This document shows, in pieces, positions 29,559-39,316 of a stretch of DNA of 64,000 bases (the first letter of the stretch is position 1; each line of letters opens with the position of its first letter). Location: positions 1-64,000 of IMG/VR virus record IMGVR_UViG_3300027770_000026. One strand, given 5' to 3'. The notes beneath the pieces are model-generated. The model was not told where the DNA came from. It searched no databases and was given only the letters and a program-made list of their open reading frames with translations. The position numbers were made by a program, and so were the translations under genes.

Positions 29559-30326
29559 TTAAATTAACTTCCGTGTGGCGCGGTAATTAATGGCAAAGAA
29601 TTCGCCTTGCAACATCTTCTGAATGCGTGGATCGTTAATGAGCTGTGTGCATTTGAAGCTGATGCTGCTGTTTACACTATGGCAAGTTTCACAAGAATCG
29701 CTAGTAATTGGGTGTCCGCCCGGAGCATTGATCTTGCCCTTGGCAGTTGTACCATTATGGCAAGTTACACAGCCGGTTGTGATGCCTGCGTGAATTGCAG
29801 CAAAGCTACTATCCCAGTTACGTCCAGTGTTCTTGTGGCATACACCGCAGTCTTGTGTGGTTGGAATGTGGTCACTTGGCTTACCTTGTGCACCATATGT
29901 TCTAAATGCGTTATTGTGACAACTATCACATCTCTGTGTACTTACAGAGGCGTGGTTCATGTTTACACCTGATGTAAATGTCACTGTTGCGTGGCAGCTA
30001 CCGCAGTCTGTAGTTCCAATTGGAATGTGGCTGGTACTGCGTCCAACAGTTGCACTTGTTGGCGAACCGTTGTGGCAAGTTGCACAAACTTTAGGGGTAC
30101 CAATAAATCTACCACCTGCGTGACAGCTGGCGCAGGTTGAACACTTGCCTGTGCTTAGGTGCGCACCAGTTAGCGGAAAGTTTGGGTGAATGGTTTCGTA
30201 GAGGGTGCATTCTGCAGCAGATGCGTCCGGAGAAAAAGTAGTTAGTACTGCTGTGGGTATTGCATAAGTTGCAAACACGATTACAGCCATAAGAATAGAC
30301 GCAAAGAAACTCTTTAATTTCGCCAT
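29559..30326 (-). CDS. Periplasmic multiheme (7 x CxxCH) cytochrome c
   Basis: Signal peptide; CASCH, CATCH, CGSCH, CDSCH, CGVCH, CVTCH, CETCH; distal His in FPLTGAH, HIP, NH, IH, GHP. Confidence 0.93.
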   Translation of the reverse strand: MAKLKSFFASILMAVIVFATYAIPTAVLTTFSPDASAAECTLYETIHPNFPLTGAHLSTGKCSTCASCHAGGRFIGTPKVCATCHNGSPTSATVGRSTSHIPIGTTDCGSCHATVTFTSGVNMNHASVSTQRCDSCHNNAFRTYGAQGKPSDHIPTTQDCGVCHKNTGRNWDSSFAAIHAGITTGCVTCHNGTTAKGKINAPGGHPITSDSCETCHSVNSSISFKCTQLINDPRIQKMLQGEFFAINYRATRKLI

Positions 30327-30358
30327 GATAATGGTCCCCGTTAGGATAGTATTTATAC

Positions 30359-32260
30359 TTAGAAGTCGTAACGGTACCCAATGTAAAAGGTTTGATTGGT
30401 GAATACGGGACTTACTTGATAGATGGTTACAGCATATGGACGTAGTATTAAGGATCTAGCATACTGTGCTTCCAGCTTGCCGTGCTCGCCAAATGCGTAT
30501 ATTATGCGTAGGTTTGCACTAATTGTGCGCGATGTGTGCGCTATGTCGTCATAGCGTAAGGTAGCAGACAAGCTGTTTGTATCCCAAAATCTATAGTTGT
30601 TGGCCACTGTAACAAAGTAGCTGCGGCGTTCACCAATGGTACGATTGGCTACAAATTCAACTGTGTTGTGAGAGTCCCAAACGTTTTCGCCGGACAAGTG
30701 TAGTGTTAGCGAATAGTTGTTGCGTGTGCCCACAGTTACTGGCACGGGATCAAACTGTGGCGAAATAGTAAATCCCGGAGTAGTACTCAAGTTGGTTACT
30801 TGCGCATCACCGGTCAGCGTCCATGTTTTATCTATGGTATAGCCCGCACCTACTACTAGCGAACTAGCTATGGGTGTGGTGGTGATAATATAACGATAGA
30901 TGTCGTTTGAATTCAATCCTGACCTAGCTAATAATTCTCCCACTGAATTGTATACTTGACGTTCGGGTTCCAGTATACCTAAGCCCAATGCAACGTCTGC
31001 GTATGGTATAGGACTGCGCCGGCGTTCGTAGCTAGCAAATATGTTGTAGCCGTTAAAGTAGTGTATGCCCTGAAAGTTAACCTTGTTAAACTTGCTGTAC
31101 TGAAAGTCATATTCGGTATTCAACAGTGCAGTAGTGGAAGTACCACCGTATTCTACATCTGCACCCAGTGCCATGCGTTCAACAAATCCATCTGCTATGC
31201 TGCGATTGATGTATAATGAAGTAGTGGTATTGTTAAATGGTCGCCATTCAAACCCCGCACCCACAAAGCGTCTAGTGGCAGTAGTTTCTCCGGTATATGG
31301 TACACCTGCTGCAAACGTCCACTTGTATTGGTCTTCGGTGCGGTACCAAGCACTGACTCCATCATACCGTCCAATGGCACCAGCTGAGGGGTTTTGTCTA
31401 CCCAGTCGTATGTTGTATCTAACGAATGTATCTTCAAAGTTTACATAAGCAATGTTAAGTCTTGCAGTGTTATCTTTATTCTCTAGTAGATCTCTTGCTG
31501 CGGTAAAGCGTAAACGACTGCTCCATATGTATTGATTGTGATGACGTTTGGCATCCAGTTGCAGTCCAGTTAAGCTGCTTATCTGAGAAGTGTTCCACTG
31601 TATGATACCTGCACTGTTACTGGTTGCACCAAAGTATAGATATTCACTAGCGGACCCTGATAGTTCAAAGCTGTCGCCTTGTCGTGGTGCGCGTTCCTTA
31701 AAGTTGTTTGCTGTTTCCGTGGGCTCAATTATTTCCAATGCCATTAAACGCTGCTGTACTCGCACACGGTCGTCAGTTTTCACATCATATAACTTTAAGT
31801 ACAGTGCGTATTCTACTTTGGCTTTGTCATACAGTTTGGACTTTTCGTATGCATACCCCAATAGTTCGTGTGCTTCTCGTGCGGTGGCTGGTGGCTGTGT
31901 GAGAATGAACGAACGTAGATTATTGATTGCTACAGTGTAGGGACCTTCTCTGCTGGTTAATACTTGTCGTGCTTCGCGTATGAGTTCTTCAGGTGGGCGT
32001 GTATCAAATGTTACTATGGGTTGATCTGGATCCGTTGGTGTGGCTGTAGCAGTGCGTGGTCGAGGTTTTGTCTCGGTGGGAACTGTTTCCACAATAGGCG
32101 GTAACCAACGTACAATGGTTACAGTTTCTGTTCTGCGTCGTGGTACTGGAGCTGCAGGTGGCGCAACTGGTGGACGATTAATAATGCCACTGACCTGGCT
32201 ATAAGTCACAGCGGGATATACTGCTGCACACAGTACGGCTACAACTAAAAACCTAATCAT
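30359..32260 (-). CDS. TPR-containing outer-membrane beta-barrel (porin-like)
   Basis: Signal peptide, Pro/Thr linker, TPR-like HELLGYAYE...A...Y, long run of amphipathic strands, C-terminal YIGYRYDF. Confidence 0.8.
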   Translation of the reverse strand: MIRFLVVAVLCAAVYPAVTYSQVSGIINRPPVAPPAAPVPRRRTETVTIVRWLPPIVETVPTETKPRPRTATATPTDPDQPIVTFDTRPPEELIREARQVLTSREGPYTVAINNLRSFILTQPPATAREAHELLGYAYEKSKLYDKAKVEYALYLKLYDVKTDDRVRVQQRLMALEIIEPTETANNFKERAPRQGDSFELSGSASEYLYFGATSNSAGIIQWNTSQISSLTGLQLDAKRHHNQYIWSSRLRFTAARDLLENKDNTARLNIAYVNFEDTFVRYNIRLGRQNPSAGAIGRYDGVSAWYRTEDQYKWTFAAGVPYTGETTATRRFVGAGFEWRPFNNTTTSLYINRSIADGFVERMALGADVEYGGTSTTALLNTEYDFQYSKFNKVNFQGIHYFNGYNIFASYERRRSPIPYADVALGLGILEPERQVYNSVGELLARSGLNSNDIYRYIITTTPIASSLVVGAGYTIDKTWTLTGDAQVTNLSTTPGFTISPQFDPVPVTVGTRNNYSLTLHLSGENVWDSHNTVEFVANRTIGERRSYFVTVANNYRFWDTNSLSATLRYDDIAHTSRTISANLRIIYAFGEHGKLEAQYARSLILRPYAVTIYQVSPVFTNQTFYIGYRYDF

Positions 32261-32262
32261 TG

Positions 32263-32655
32263 CTACTTGGTGATGCGGCGAGCAACCTTCTTCTTGGTCT
32301 TCTTAGCAGCAGTCTTAGGTGGGGCCTTGCTTAAAAAATGATACTTGTGGAATATCACAATCCATACAAACAGTGCAGCCAATCCTATGTTAAGTAATAT
32401 CTCGCCAGGAGGAGCTTTTACTGTATCAATGATCATGCCGTGACGTGGTATCATATCATAGTAAATGGTATTCATAGCGTTCCATGCTGAAGTAGCAATA
32501 ATGGAAACCAGTGCTATTTTAAGCGACCAATGTTGTAGTACAGGCCATTTGTAAATAATGCTGTTACCGTTACCAAACAGCAGTACAAAGAACGCAGTCA
32601 TTGCCAGACAAATAACAATATTAGCCGCTATATTCAACAGGTACATGAATTCCAT
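32263..32655 (-). CDS. Membrane protein with basic C-tail
   Basis: 3 TM helices, KKTKKK tail. Confidence 0.7.
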   Translation of the reverse strand: MEFMYLLNIAANIVICLAMTAFFVLLFGNGNSIIYKWPVLQHWSLKIALVSIIATSAWNAMNTIYYDMIPRHGMIIDTVKAPPGEILLNIGLAALFVWIVIFHKYHFLSKAPPKTAAKKTKKKVARRITK

Positions 32656-32665
32656 TGTCTACTCC

Positions 32666-33043
32666 TTATCTTTTTCGCACAGTCTTTTTTCGAGCTATGG
32701 GTTTCTTTCTAGTTAGCTTACGCCTATTAGGAATTATTTCCTCTGCAGCATCGGGTATGAATTTTTTAATGGCATATTCAATACCAGTTAACCCAAGAAA
32801 ACCCAGTATGAATGCAATACCAAAAGTAAGATTTTGATTACTAATATTTAAAGTATCAACTACAATTGGGGTTATATAATTGGCGCTGCCAATACCGGTG
32901 GCAATACTAACAGCAATGCTGTATAAATGCGTATTAGCTCCTTTTTTAATGGTTAGAAGCGAACCAAATAATCCCGACACAATAAGCCCCGCATTGATTC
33001 CAACTTCCTGAAGAAGATTCTCCTGCATTGTCGTTACCCCCAT
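32666..33043 (-). CDS. Putative holin-like membrane protein
   Basis: 3 TM helices (SGLFGS...GFLG), basic C-tail. Confidence 0.55.
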   Translation of the reverse strand: MGVTTMQENLLQEVGINAGLIVSGLFGSLLTIKKGANTHLYSIAVSIATGIGSANYITPIVVDTLNISNQNLTFGIAFILGFLGLTGIEYAIKKFIPDAAEEIIPNRRKLTRKKPIARKKTVRKR

Positions 33044-33071
33044 AACCTAGTATTTATTCACAGGGATAAAT

Positions 33072-33159
33072 TGGCGGAAGCGGTAGGATTCGAACCTACG
33101 GACCTGTGACAGTCGCTAGTTTTCAAGACTAGAGCCATAAACCGCTCGACCACGCTTCC
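33072..33159 (-). tRNA. trnS: tRNA-Ser(UGA)
   Basis: Cloverleaf, CT-TGA-AA loop, long V-arm, encoded CCA. Confidence 0.95.
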
Positions 33160-33166
33160 GTAACCT

Positions 33167-33242
33167 TGGCTGAGGGACTAGGATTCGAACCTAGGTACTT
33201 GGAATCAAAATCCAATGTCCTACCAGACTAGACGATCCCTCA
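33167..33242 (-). tRNA. trnQ: tRNA-Gln(UUG)
   Basis: TT-TTG-AT loop, GTTCGAATC, CCA. Confidence 0.95.
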
Positions 33243-33281
33243 ACGCTGTAATAGTTATACTGTACACTAACGCTAGTCAAA

Positions 33282-33310
33282 AATAAAGGGACTGTTAAAG
33301 CCCCTTTATT
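33282..33310. terminator. Probable terminator hairpin
   Basis: AATAAAGGG/CCCTTTATT. Confidence 0.6.
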
Positions 33311-33332
33311 GTATAGTGCATTTCTGCTGGGC

Positions 33333-33953
33333 TTACTTGTGACGCAGCACGTTGCTCAGTGTTTCCATAAACGACTGAAACTCTGCGTCTTCCTGTGTTG
33401 GCTCACTTTCTTTTACTGCAGGTGCAGTTGGACGATGTGGTCTCATGTCGGTAACTGTTTTTCTATCGGCTTTTGTAAACTGTTTGGTTGGAGTCAACCC
33501 CATTTTTCTTTGTGTAGCAGGTGACAAGTCCTTTACTGCAGATACTTGACTGTTAAAGTTAAACTGATCCTGTTGTCTACGAAGGCCCGTATTGTTTAAT
33601 CTGTCTTGTGCAGCTTTAAAACCTCGAACAGGAGCAGGAGCTGTGTCAGAATCCGCAGCATAATCGGCTACACCCATGTTTTTTGCCTGAGCTAGCTTCT
33701 GTGCTTTGCGAGCATCAGATGCGCTGAAATAAGTGTCGGGCTTTAGTTCGTCAAGCTGACTGCCAGTCATTTCACGGATACTTTCTAGGAATGCGTCAAA
33801 GTCAAAGTCTTCTTCTACTTCCTCGGGGACAGAAGTCTCCTCAAATTCCTCTGCAAAATTATTAATACTATCAACTTCATCAAGTTCCTGCGATTGTTCG
33901 CAAGAGCATGATTCTACTAGCATTAACATTTTCTTCATATCTTCACTGGCCAT
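33333..33953 (-). CDS. Hypothetical acidic protein, possibly internal head protein
   Basis: 206 aa, many LxE motifs, TAAATA upstream. Confidence 0.7.
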   Translation of the reverse strand: MASEDMKKMLMLVESCSCEQSQELDEVDSINNFAEEFEETSVPEEVEEDFDFDAFLESIREMTGSQLDELKPDTYFSASDARKAQKLAQAKNMGVADYAADSDTAPAPVRGFKAAQDRLNNTGLRRQQDQFNFNSQVSAVKDLSPATQRKMGLTPTKQFTKADRKTVTDMRPHRPTAPAVKESEPTQEDAEFQSFMETLSNVLRHK

Positions 33954-33991
33954 AACAAAATCCTCAAATACTAATTTTATTTATTCCAATC

Positions 33992-34029
33992 AAAAGAAAA
34001 GGGTCAGCAAGGACTAGCCCCACTGACCC
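33992..34029 (-). terminator. Intrinsic terminator
   Basis: GGGTCAG/CTGACCC stem plus U-rich tract. Confidence 0.7.
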
Positions 34030-34035
34030 CGTTAC

Positions 34036-34224
34036 TCACTTGCCGCTTAGTGGCTTGTCAGTGAGTGTACGCAGCCATACAATTACTGCACCCAGAATTG
34101 GGCCAGCCATTCCCAACTGTTCAGCGGATAGTCCGCCCAAGCTGGCCTGTAGTGCTGACAGAGCCGCAACTACTACGCCTAACCAAATTGTCTTCGACTT
34201 TAATGCGCCTTTTAGAGCTTCCAT
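34036..34224 (-). CDS. Small 2-TM membrane protein (holin-like)
   Basis: KSKTIWLGVVVAAL...VWLRTLTDKPL. Confidence 0.6.
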   Translation of the reverse strand: MEALKGALKSKTIWLGVVVAALSALQASLGGLSAEQLGMAGPILGAVIVWLRTLTDKPLSGK

Positions 34225-34306
34225 GATTCGTCTCCTTTAAATGCCTTTAGGGCATGAGTATTTACTACAGGACTAAATAAACACATAACATTTTGAGGTT
34301 ATTCCC

Positions 34307-36232
34307 ATGAAAAGAAGTATTAGTTCACGCACAATATTAGAAGATAAACGCGCATTGTTAGAAGATCTATGCGAAGGCATGAATCTCAGGGATCGACTGC
34401 TAACAGAAGAAATCTACAATGAGTTTCATGATATTGGACGCATGATTTCCGAAGCCCAACTGACACAGGATCAGATACAGAAGCTGTTTGCAGCAGTATC
34501 CAAGGGTGCAGAAAAGGGTTGGAACGTGGACTTACCTGGTGGTGATCCAGATATTGGACCAGCAGGCGAAGGTGGCAACAAGACACTAATGGGCAAGATC
34601 TCGGGCGCGTGGCAAAAGCTCAAGAGTAAGATTGCACAAAGTGGCCCAGTAAGCGGATTTGACGTTACAGTAGACAAGCTACAAAAGCAAATCTCTGCAA
34701 AGTCAGGACCAGACGGAAAGCTAACCAAGGCAATCGCAGCATATAGAAAGTTTGGTGATAAGCATCCCGTCATGCAGGGTGTTGTTATTGCAGGTCTAAC
34801 TGCGGCAGCAGCAATGGGCGGCGGACTAGGCCTAGGTGCAGTTGCAGGCGTGGCAGGCGGACTAAGAACACTGGACCGCATGCTAATGGGTGATCGTGCT
34901 AGTAGCGCACTATGGAAGGGCTTCAAGGCAGGCGCAGTTACATACGGCGTTGGTTCAATCATCCAGGGTGTACAAGGTGGGCAGACTGCCACAGATACTG
35001 GTGCCGGACAAACTGCATCAGCGCAGCCGGCAGCAACACCAGCTCCAACTGGTGTAGATACAGCCACTCAAACTGTTGCAGCAGCTAAGGGCGATACACT
35101 AAGTCAGATTGCTCAGAAGATGGACGTTAGTGTTAAGGATCTAGTGCAAGCAAACCCACAAATAACCAATCCTAATGATTTGGGGCTTGGTGAGATTGTC
35201 AATATACCAAGTGCAACAGGAAATGCTGTATATCAAGGTGGAGTGGGAACTGCGTCCGACACTGCTGCTAAGGTCGCAAGCGGTCAATATACTCCAAGTC
35301 GCTACGGTATTAAAGAAAGCGTAGACTGGGACAAGATTTGCACTACTTTTGCAATCCAAGAAAGTATGAAGATGCCACTAAAGAGCGCAGTATACCTAAC
35401 ACCATATGGTGTACAGCAGGTAATGGAAACTGTTGAAAAGTATAAGGATGAACTAGACGAAGGTATTTGGGATGCAGTTAAGGCTGGATGGAACACTTCC
35501 AAGAACAAGATCACAACAGACAAGTTGGACTTGTGGTGGCGTAGAAACCGCGGCGAGAATCCAACAGACGGCCCAGTAGACAAACAAGTTGTCGTCGACT
35601 TCCTCAAGAAGATGGGCGTTAAGAGTGGTCTGGTTGATCGTGCGTTTAAGGAAGTTGGTATTCCGGACGAAGTTAACAAAGACGATGTTCCACCAACACC
35701 TACACCTACACCTACACCTACACCTACACCTACACCTACACCTACACCTACACCTACACCTACACCAAAACCAACACCAACTCCTCCGCCAACACCTACA
35801 CCTGGCGATAAAGAGCCTAAGCCCGGTGAGGTAGAACCTAAGCCAACACCTAATCCTGGTGACACTAAGCCACAGGATGGCGGTCAGGATGCAACACCGG
35901 CTCCAGCACCATCAATTACTCCTGCCAAGAGCAGCCAGGAATTGCTCTCAGGTCTCAATGCATTGTGGGATGACAATGCGGAATGGATCTACGAGAAGGG
36001 CGTTGGTAAGGATCTAATCAATTGGTTACAGGCCAAGATCAAGAAGTATCACACCGGTCCAGTTGGAGTTGGCCCAACTGATAAGAAAACTGTCAGTAAG
36101 TACGGTCTTGCAGAAGCCAAGCGCCGTAAGATGCTGATGATCGAACGCAAGATTGCTCAATACGAACAGCTAATTGCCGAGAACAAGAAAAAGCAAAAGA
36201 AGACGCTAACCGAATCTCGTAAAAAGAGATAA
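34307..36232 (+). CDS. LysM-domain protein with TM-like Gly/Ala segments and (PT)n linker
   Basis: AKGDTLSQIAQKMDVSVKDLVQANPQITNPNDLGLGEIVNIP. Confidence 0.85.
   Translation: MKRSISSRTILEDKRALLEDLCEGMNLRDRLLTEEIYNEFHDIGRMISEAQLTQDQIQKLFAAVSKGAEKGWNVDLPGGDPDIGPAGEGGNKTLMGKISGAWQKLKSKIAQSGPVSGFDVTVDKLQKQISAKSGPDGKLTKAIAAYRKFGDKHPVMQGVVIAGLTAAAAMGGGLGLGAVAGVAGGLRTLDRMLMGDRASSALWKGFKAGAVTYGVGSIIQGVQGGQTATDTGAGQTASAQPAATPAPTGVDTATQTVAAAKGDTLSQIAQKMDVSVKDLVQANPQITNPNDLGLGEIVNIPSATGNAVYQGGVGTASDTAAKVASGQYTPSRYGIKESVDWDKICTTFAIQESMKMPLKSAVYLTPYGVQQVMETVEKYKDELDEGIWDAVKAGWNTSKNKITTDKLDLWWRRNRGENPTDGPVDKQVVVDFLKKMGVKSGLVDRAFKEVGIPDEVNKDDVPPTPTPTPTPTPTPTPTPTPTPTPTPKPTPTPPPTPTPGDKEPKPGEVEPKPTPNPGDTKPQDGGQDATPAPAPSITPAKSSQELLSGLNALWDDNAEWIYEKGVGKDLINWLQAKIKKYHTGPVGVGPTDKKTVSKYGLAEAKRRKMLMIERKIAQYEQLIAENKKKQKKTLTESRKKR
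35696..35761 (+). repeat. (ACACCT)11 microsatellite encoding Thr-Pro linker
   Basis: 11 perfect hexamer units. Confidence 0.95.
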
Positions 36233-36253
36233 TACACCTTAGCAAAGAAGCAG

Positions 36254-36279
36254 AAAGGGCAGTAACGCCCTTTTTGTTT
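36254..36279 (+). terminator. Intrinsic terminator
   Basis: AAAGGGC-AGTAAC-GCCCTTT TTGTTT. Confidence 0.75.
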
Positions 36280-36306
36280 GATTGCAACATCAAAACTAAA
36301 TACATC

Positions 36307-36963
36307 ATGCGACTGCTAGAATTAATAGAGCCCGTTCAAGAAATTGAAAGCATACCTCTGAGCGCGTATGGCGAACGTGGCATGGACGAAGAACTACAAT
36401 CAGCAATGACGGATGCTGGCAAGGCTAAGAAGTGGCGTGACTTATGGTATTTCTTTAATAAAGATACGTTACACACCTATTCTCAGGATAAAAAAACAGT
36501 TACAGGACGTATAATTTTTATTGAGCCAGGCAAGCATGCAAATACTGGCGCAAGAGTACTAAACGTCTACGTACACAAAAAACATCGTGGTGAAGGCGTT
36601 GCTGCAGGCATGTACGCTATTATGTTGGATACTTTTAAAGTAATACGCAGCGACGACATACAAACTCTGGGTGGACAACGTATGTGGGTTAGTTTGCACA
36701 ATAAACCAGGTGTTACTGTACGGGCAGTGCTGTATATCTTCCCTCAGGAAGTAACTGCTCGCGTAGAGAAAGAACTAGATAAACTAGGTGCGATTAAAAA
36801 ATCTCAGAATAAAATTGGTCTAGATACTTACGAAATTCCCGTAGAAACCAACGAAAGCATGCGTCGATTAATCACTAACAGTCGCATGCTAAAGATATAC
36901 AATAACGATAACTACGCTCTAGGTCTGGTAGCGTATAAAGGGGCCAGACGTGCAGCTACATGA
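36307..36963 (+). CDS. GNAT-like acetyltransferase
   Basis: VLNVYVHKKHRGEGVA (motif A); ATG 4 nt after TAAATA. Confidence 0.65.
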   Translation: MRLLELIEPVQEIESIPLSAYGERGMDEELQSAMTDAGKAKKWRDLWYFFNKDTLHTYSQDKKTVTGRIIFIEPGKHANTGARVLNVYVHKKHRGEGVAAGMYAIMLDTFKVIRSDDIQTLGGQRMWVSLHNKPGVTVRAVLYIFPQEVTARVEKELDKLGAIKKSQNKIGLDTYEIPVETNESMRRLITNSRMLKIYNNDNYALGLVAYKGARRAAT

Positions 36964-37426
36964 ACTATTTGAAGGTTATAAACCGCTAGAACCCGCAGCG
37001 GCGTTCAACATGCCCACAACCGTATTTGTCAGTCGCAGAGATACTCCGGATCAAGAAGAGCGTGTGGACGATATCCCTCGATGGGCAGCAGCAAACGGCA
37101 TTAACATGAGCTTGCTACGATTATTACTGAATCCACTTGATGCAGTATTTGGTCGTCCTATTAGAGGTTGGCGTTTCAGATTACCGGGACAACCGCCACT
37201 TGATGTTTATCGCAAACAGGATAGACACAGTCGAGGACTAAAGCCCGGCAAGTACACTGTTCAGAAAGTGGGATCTAATCTTGCGCCTAAAGTAGTTGGC
37301 ATAGCTCAACTACGTCAATGGGCTAAGGACAATGAAATTAGCACTGCTGCTCTGGTGCAAGCTATTAATCGTAAACAACCTGTGCGTGATGGACTGGACC
37401 GTAAGTGGATGGTTACGCTTGCTTAG
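36950..37426 (+). CDS. Hypothetical protein
   Basis: 158-aa ORF, MQLHEL N-terminus. Confidence 0.65.
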   Translation: MQLHELFEGYKPLEPAAAFNMPTTVFVSRRDTPDQEERVDDIPRWAAANGINMSLLRLLLNPLDAVFGRPIRGWRFRLPGQPPLDVYRKQDRHSRGLKPGKYTVQKVGSNLAPKVVGIAQLRQWAKDNEISTAALVQAINRKQPVRDGLDRKWMVTLA

Positions 37427-37589
37427 GCACAAAGATCCACATCAGCAAATAGATTAATAGTCCGGGACCAAAGAAAAACGCTAGGGTAAACAGCAAACGC
37501 CACGCCCATGTTTCCATGCCTGTAGCATCAGCTAGTCCTGCGCAGACTCCGCCAATTACATTTTTTTCTTTGTTTAATCTCAGAGACAT
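37413..37589 (-). CDS. pspC: PspC-domain (phage shock protein C) membrane protein, 58 aa
   Basis: Manual: VIGGVCAGLADATG...WRLLF...GLLIYLLMWIFVP. Confidence 0.85.
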   Translation of the reverse strand: MSLRLNKEKNVIGGVCAGLADATGMETWAWRLLFTLAFFFGPGLLIYLLMWIFVPKQA

Positions 37590-37605
37590 GGATGTTCCTT
37601 TAAAA

Positions 37606-37680
<75 letters not shown>

Positions 37681-37690
37681 ATGCTTATAT

Positions 37691-39316
37691 TTACGAATTA
37701 AATAGGTAATGTTCAAAATATTTAATACTGTCATCATTTGCTATCATTTTACTAACATGTTCCATATCTACTAGATCGGGGTGTACCCACCAATCTTCAA
37801 AGTACGCTGTTTCTGTAACTGCTAGCTTTGATACTACTAGCACATACCCTAGATTAGTTAAATGTTCTCTACTCAATTTTAACCACTCGTCACCCGCTAT
37901 ATAACCATCGTGTTCGTATGTAAGTACTGCGAACTTTAATTTGTCAAAAGGAACATTGAGCAGCGCAATATATGTATTATAAGCAGGTTCACAGTCCACG
38001 CTCAGATAGTCAATATGTAAATCGTTTATGCCTGCTCGTTCTAATGCAGATTTAATATCTACAGTTCGAGCGTCAAATAGTTCTGTTTTGTTTTGTCTGA
38101 CAGTATTAAAATTTAGAACACAGTTGAGATCAATCTCAACACTGGTGCCTTTCCAAAAGAAAGTATGTTCTAATAGATATGTATTTGAGCCTAATACTGG
38201 ATCGTTTGACCCAATCTCAAAGTAAGTTCCGTTTACTTTTCCCTTATGTACAGCAAGCACAAATAAATCTTGCCCTGCTTGTGAATAACTGGTGTTTATC
38301 TTATTAAAATTTGTATAAGGGAATTTAAATTTACTTCTGCTTATTGGTTTGTTCGTCACATGATTCATGTGATTCACATGAAACGTCAGATTGTCTGACA
38401 GAAACTGATCAAATTTTTGCTCAAACGCAGATATAAAACTTTTTGCACTCCAAGCATTGTAAAATTCTTCAAGAGGTATTATAGAGTTCTTAACAATGTC
38501 TTTAATCTTGTTTTTACTGAGCAATAGATTTGTATTATGCGCAACATGACGATACATACTGCTGTCGCTAATAGCGAATGGTTTGCGAGCAGCTAGCGCA
38601 AAGTCGATACAACTACTAACACCTCTACCTGGTTGATCGTCGTAATTAAAAATGTTAATGTCGTTGCCATTAAGGAATTGTATCACTTCTTCATTGGTTT
38701 TAAAGTCATGTGTGATATTCAATTTGACGTTGATATTGGCAATTGCACGACATTGATCTGCAATTTCATGGGCAAGTGCCCCACTAGCATCCACAAAGTT
38801 ACCGTAGGGAATGTGTAGATTTACTACTACTGGTTCAATGAATTGGTCATTGACCATGCGAACAACACCGGGAAAGTTTTTACTGTATTGTCCAAATCCA
38901 AAACTACCAATCTTTAGAATTGGTCCAGGTGGCGTATAAACTATATTTAGGTCATACGGTACTGGTCTTGGCATTGTAGTGAACTGTTCGCTACTAAAAG
39001 TTGGGTCGCATACAAAATGTGCTAATACCGTAGGATAGTATGTACAAACATCATGCCCAGTGATCATGAACTGAGGTAGTGTTATTTCTTCAGACAAGGA
39101 TTTGGTAACCCATCTTAGTGTGTCATGATGATAGTTCCATAGGATGGCGTTAGCATCTGTTGTAGTATACCATACAGCTAAATCCTGTATATCATTGACT
39201 GTGACAAACTCAAATTGGTACTTTGTTGATTTGCTTAGTATATCATAAGTTGTCTTTGCAAAGTTATGAACTCCACAGTTAGTTTCTTTATGCGTGATGA
39301 TTGCAATTTTATACAT
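37691..39316 (-). CDS. Fusion: GT-B-like glycosyltransferase + FkbM-like methyltransferase
   Basis: N-half GSFGFG...GVSSCIDFAL; C-half YSQAGQD...FEIGS...YLSVDCEP. Confidence 0.75.
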   Translation of the reverse strand: MYKIAIITHKETNCGVHNFAKTTYDILSKSTKYQFEFVTVNDIQDLAVWYTTTDANAILWNYHHDTLRWVTKSLSEEITLPQFMITGHDVCTYYPTVLAHFVCDPTFSSEQFTTMPRPVPYDLNIVYTPPGPILKIGSFGFGQYSKNFPGVVRMVNDQFIEPVVVNLHIPYGNFVDASGALAHEIADQCRAIANINVKLNITHDFKTNEEVIQFLNGNDINIFNYDDQPGRGVSSCIDFALAARKPFAISDSSMYRHVAHNTNLLLSKNKIKDIVKNSIIPLEEFYNAWSAKSFISAFEQKFDQFLSDNLTFHVNHMNHVTNKPISRSKFKFPYTNFNKINTSYSQAGQDLFVLAVHKGKVNGTYFEIGSNDPVLGSNTYLLEHTFFWKGTSVEIDLNCVLNFNTVRQNKTELFDARTVDIKSALERAGINDLHIDYLSVDCEPAYNTYIALLNVPFDKLKFAVLTYEHDGYIAGDEWLKLSREHLTNLGYVLVVSKLAVTETAYFEDWWVHPDLVDMEHVSKMIANDDSIKYFEHYLFNS

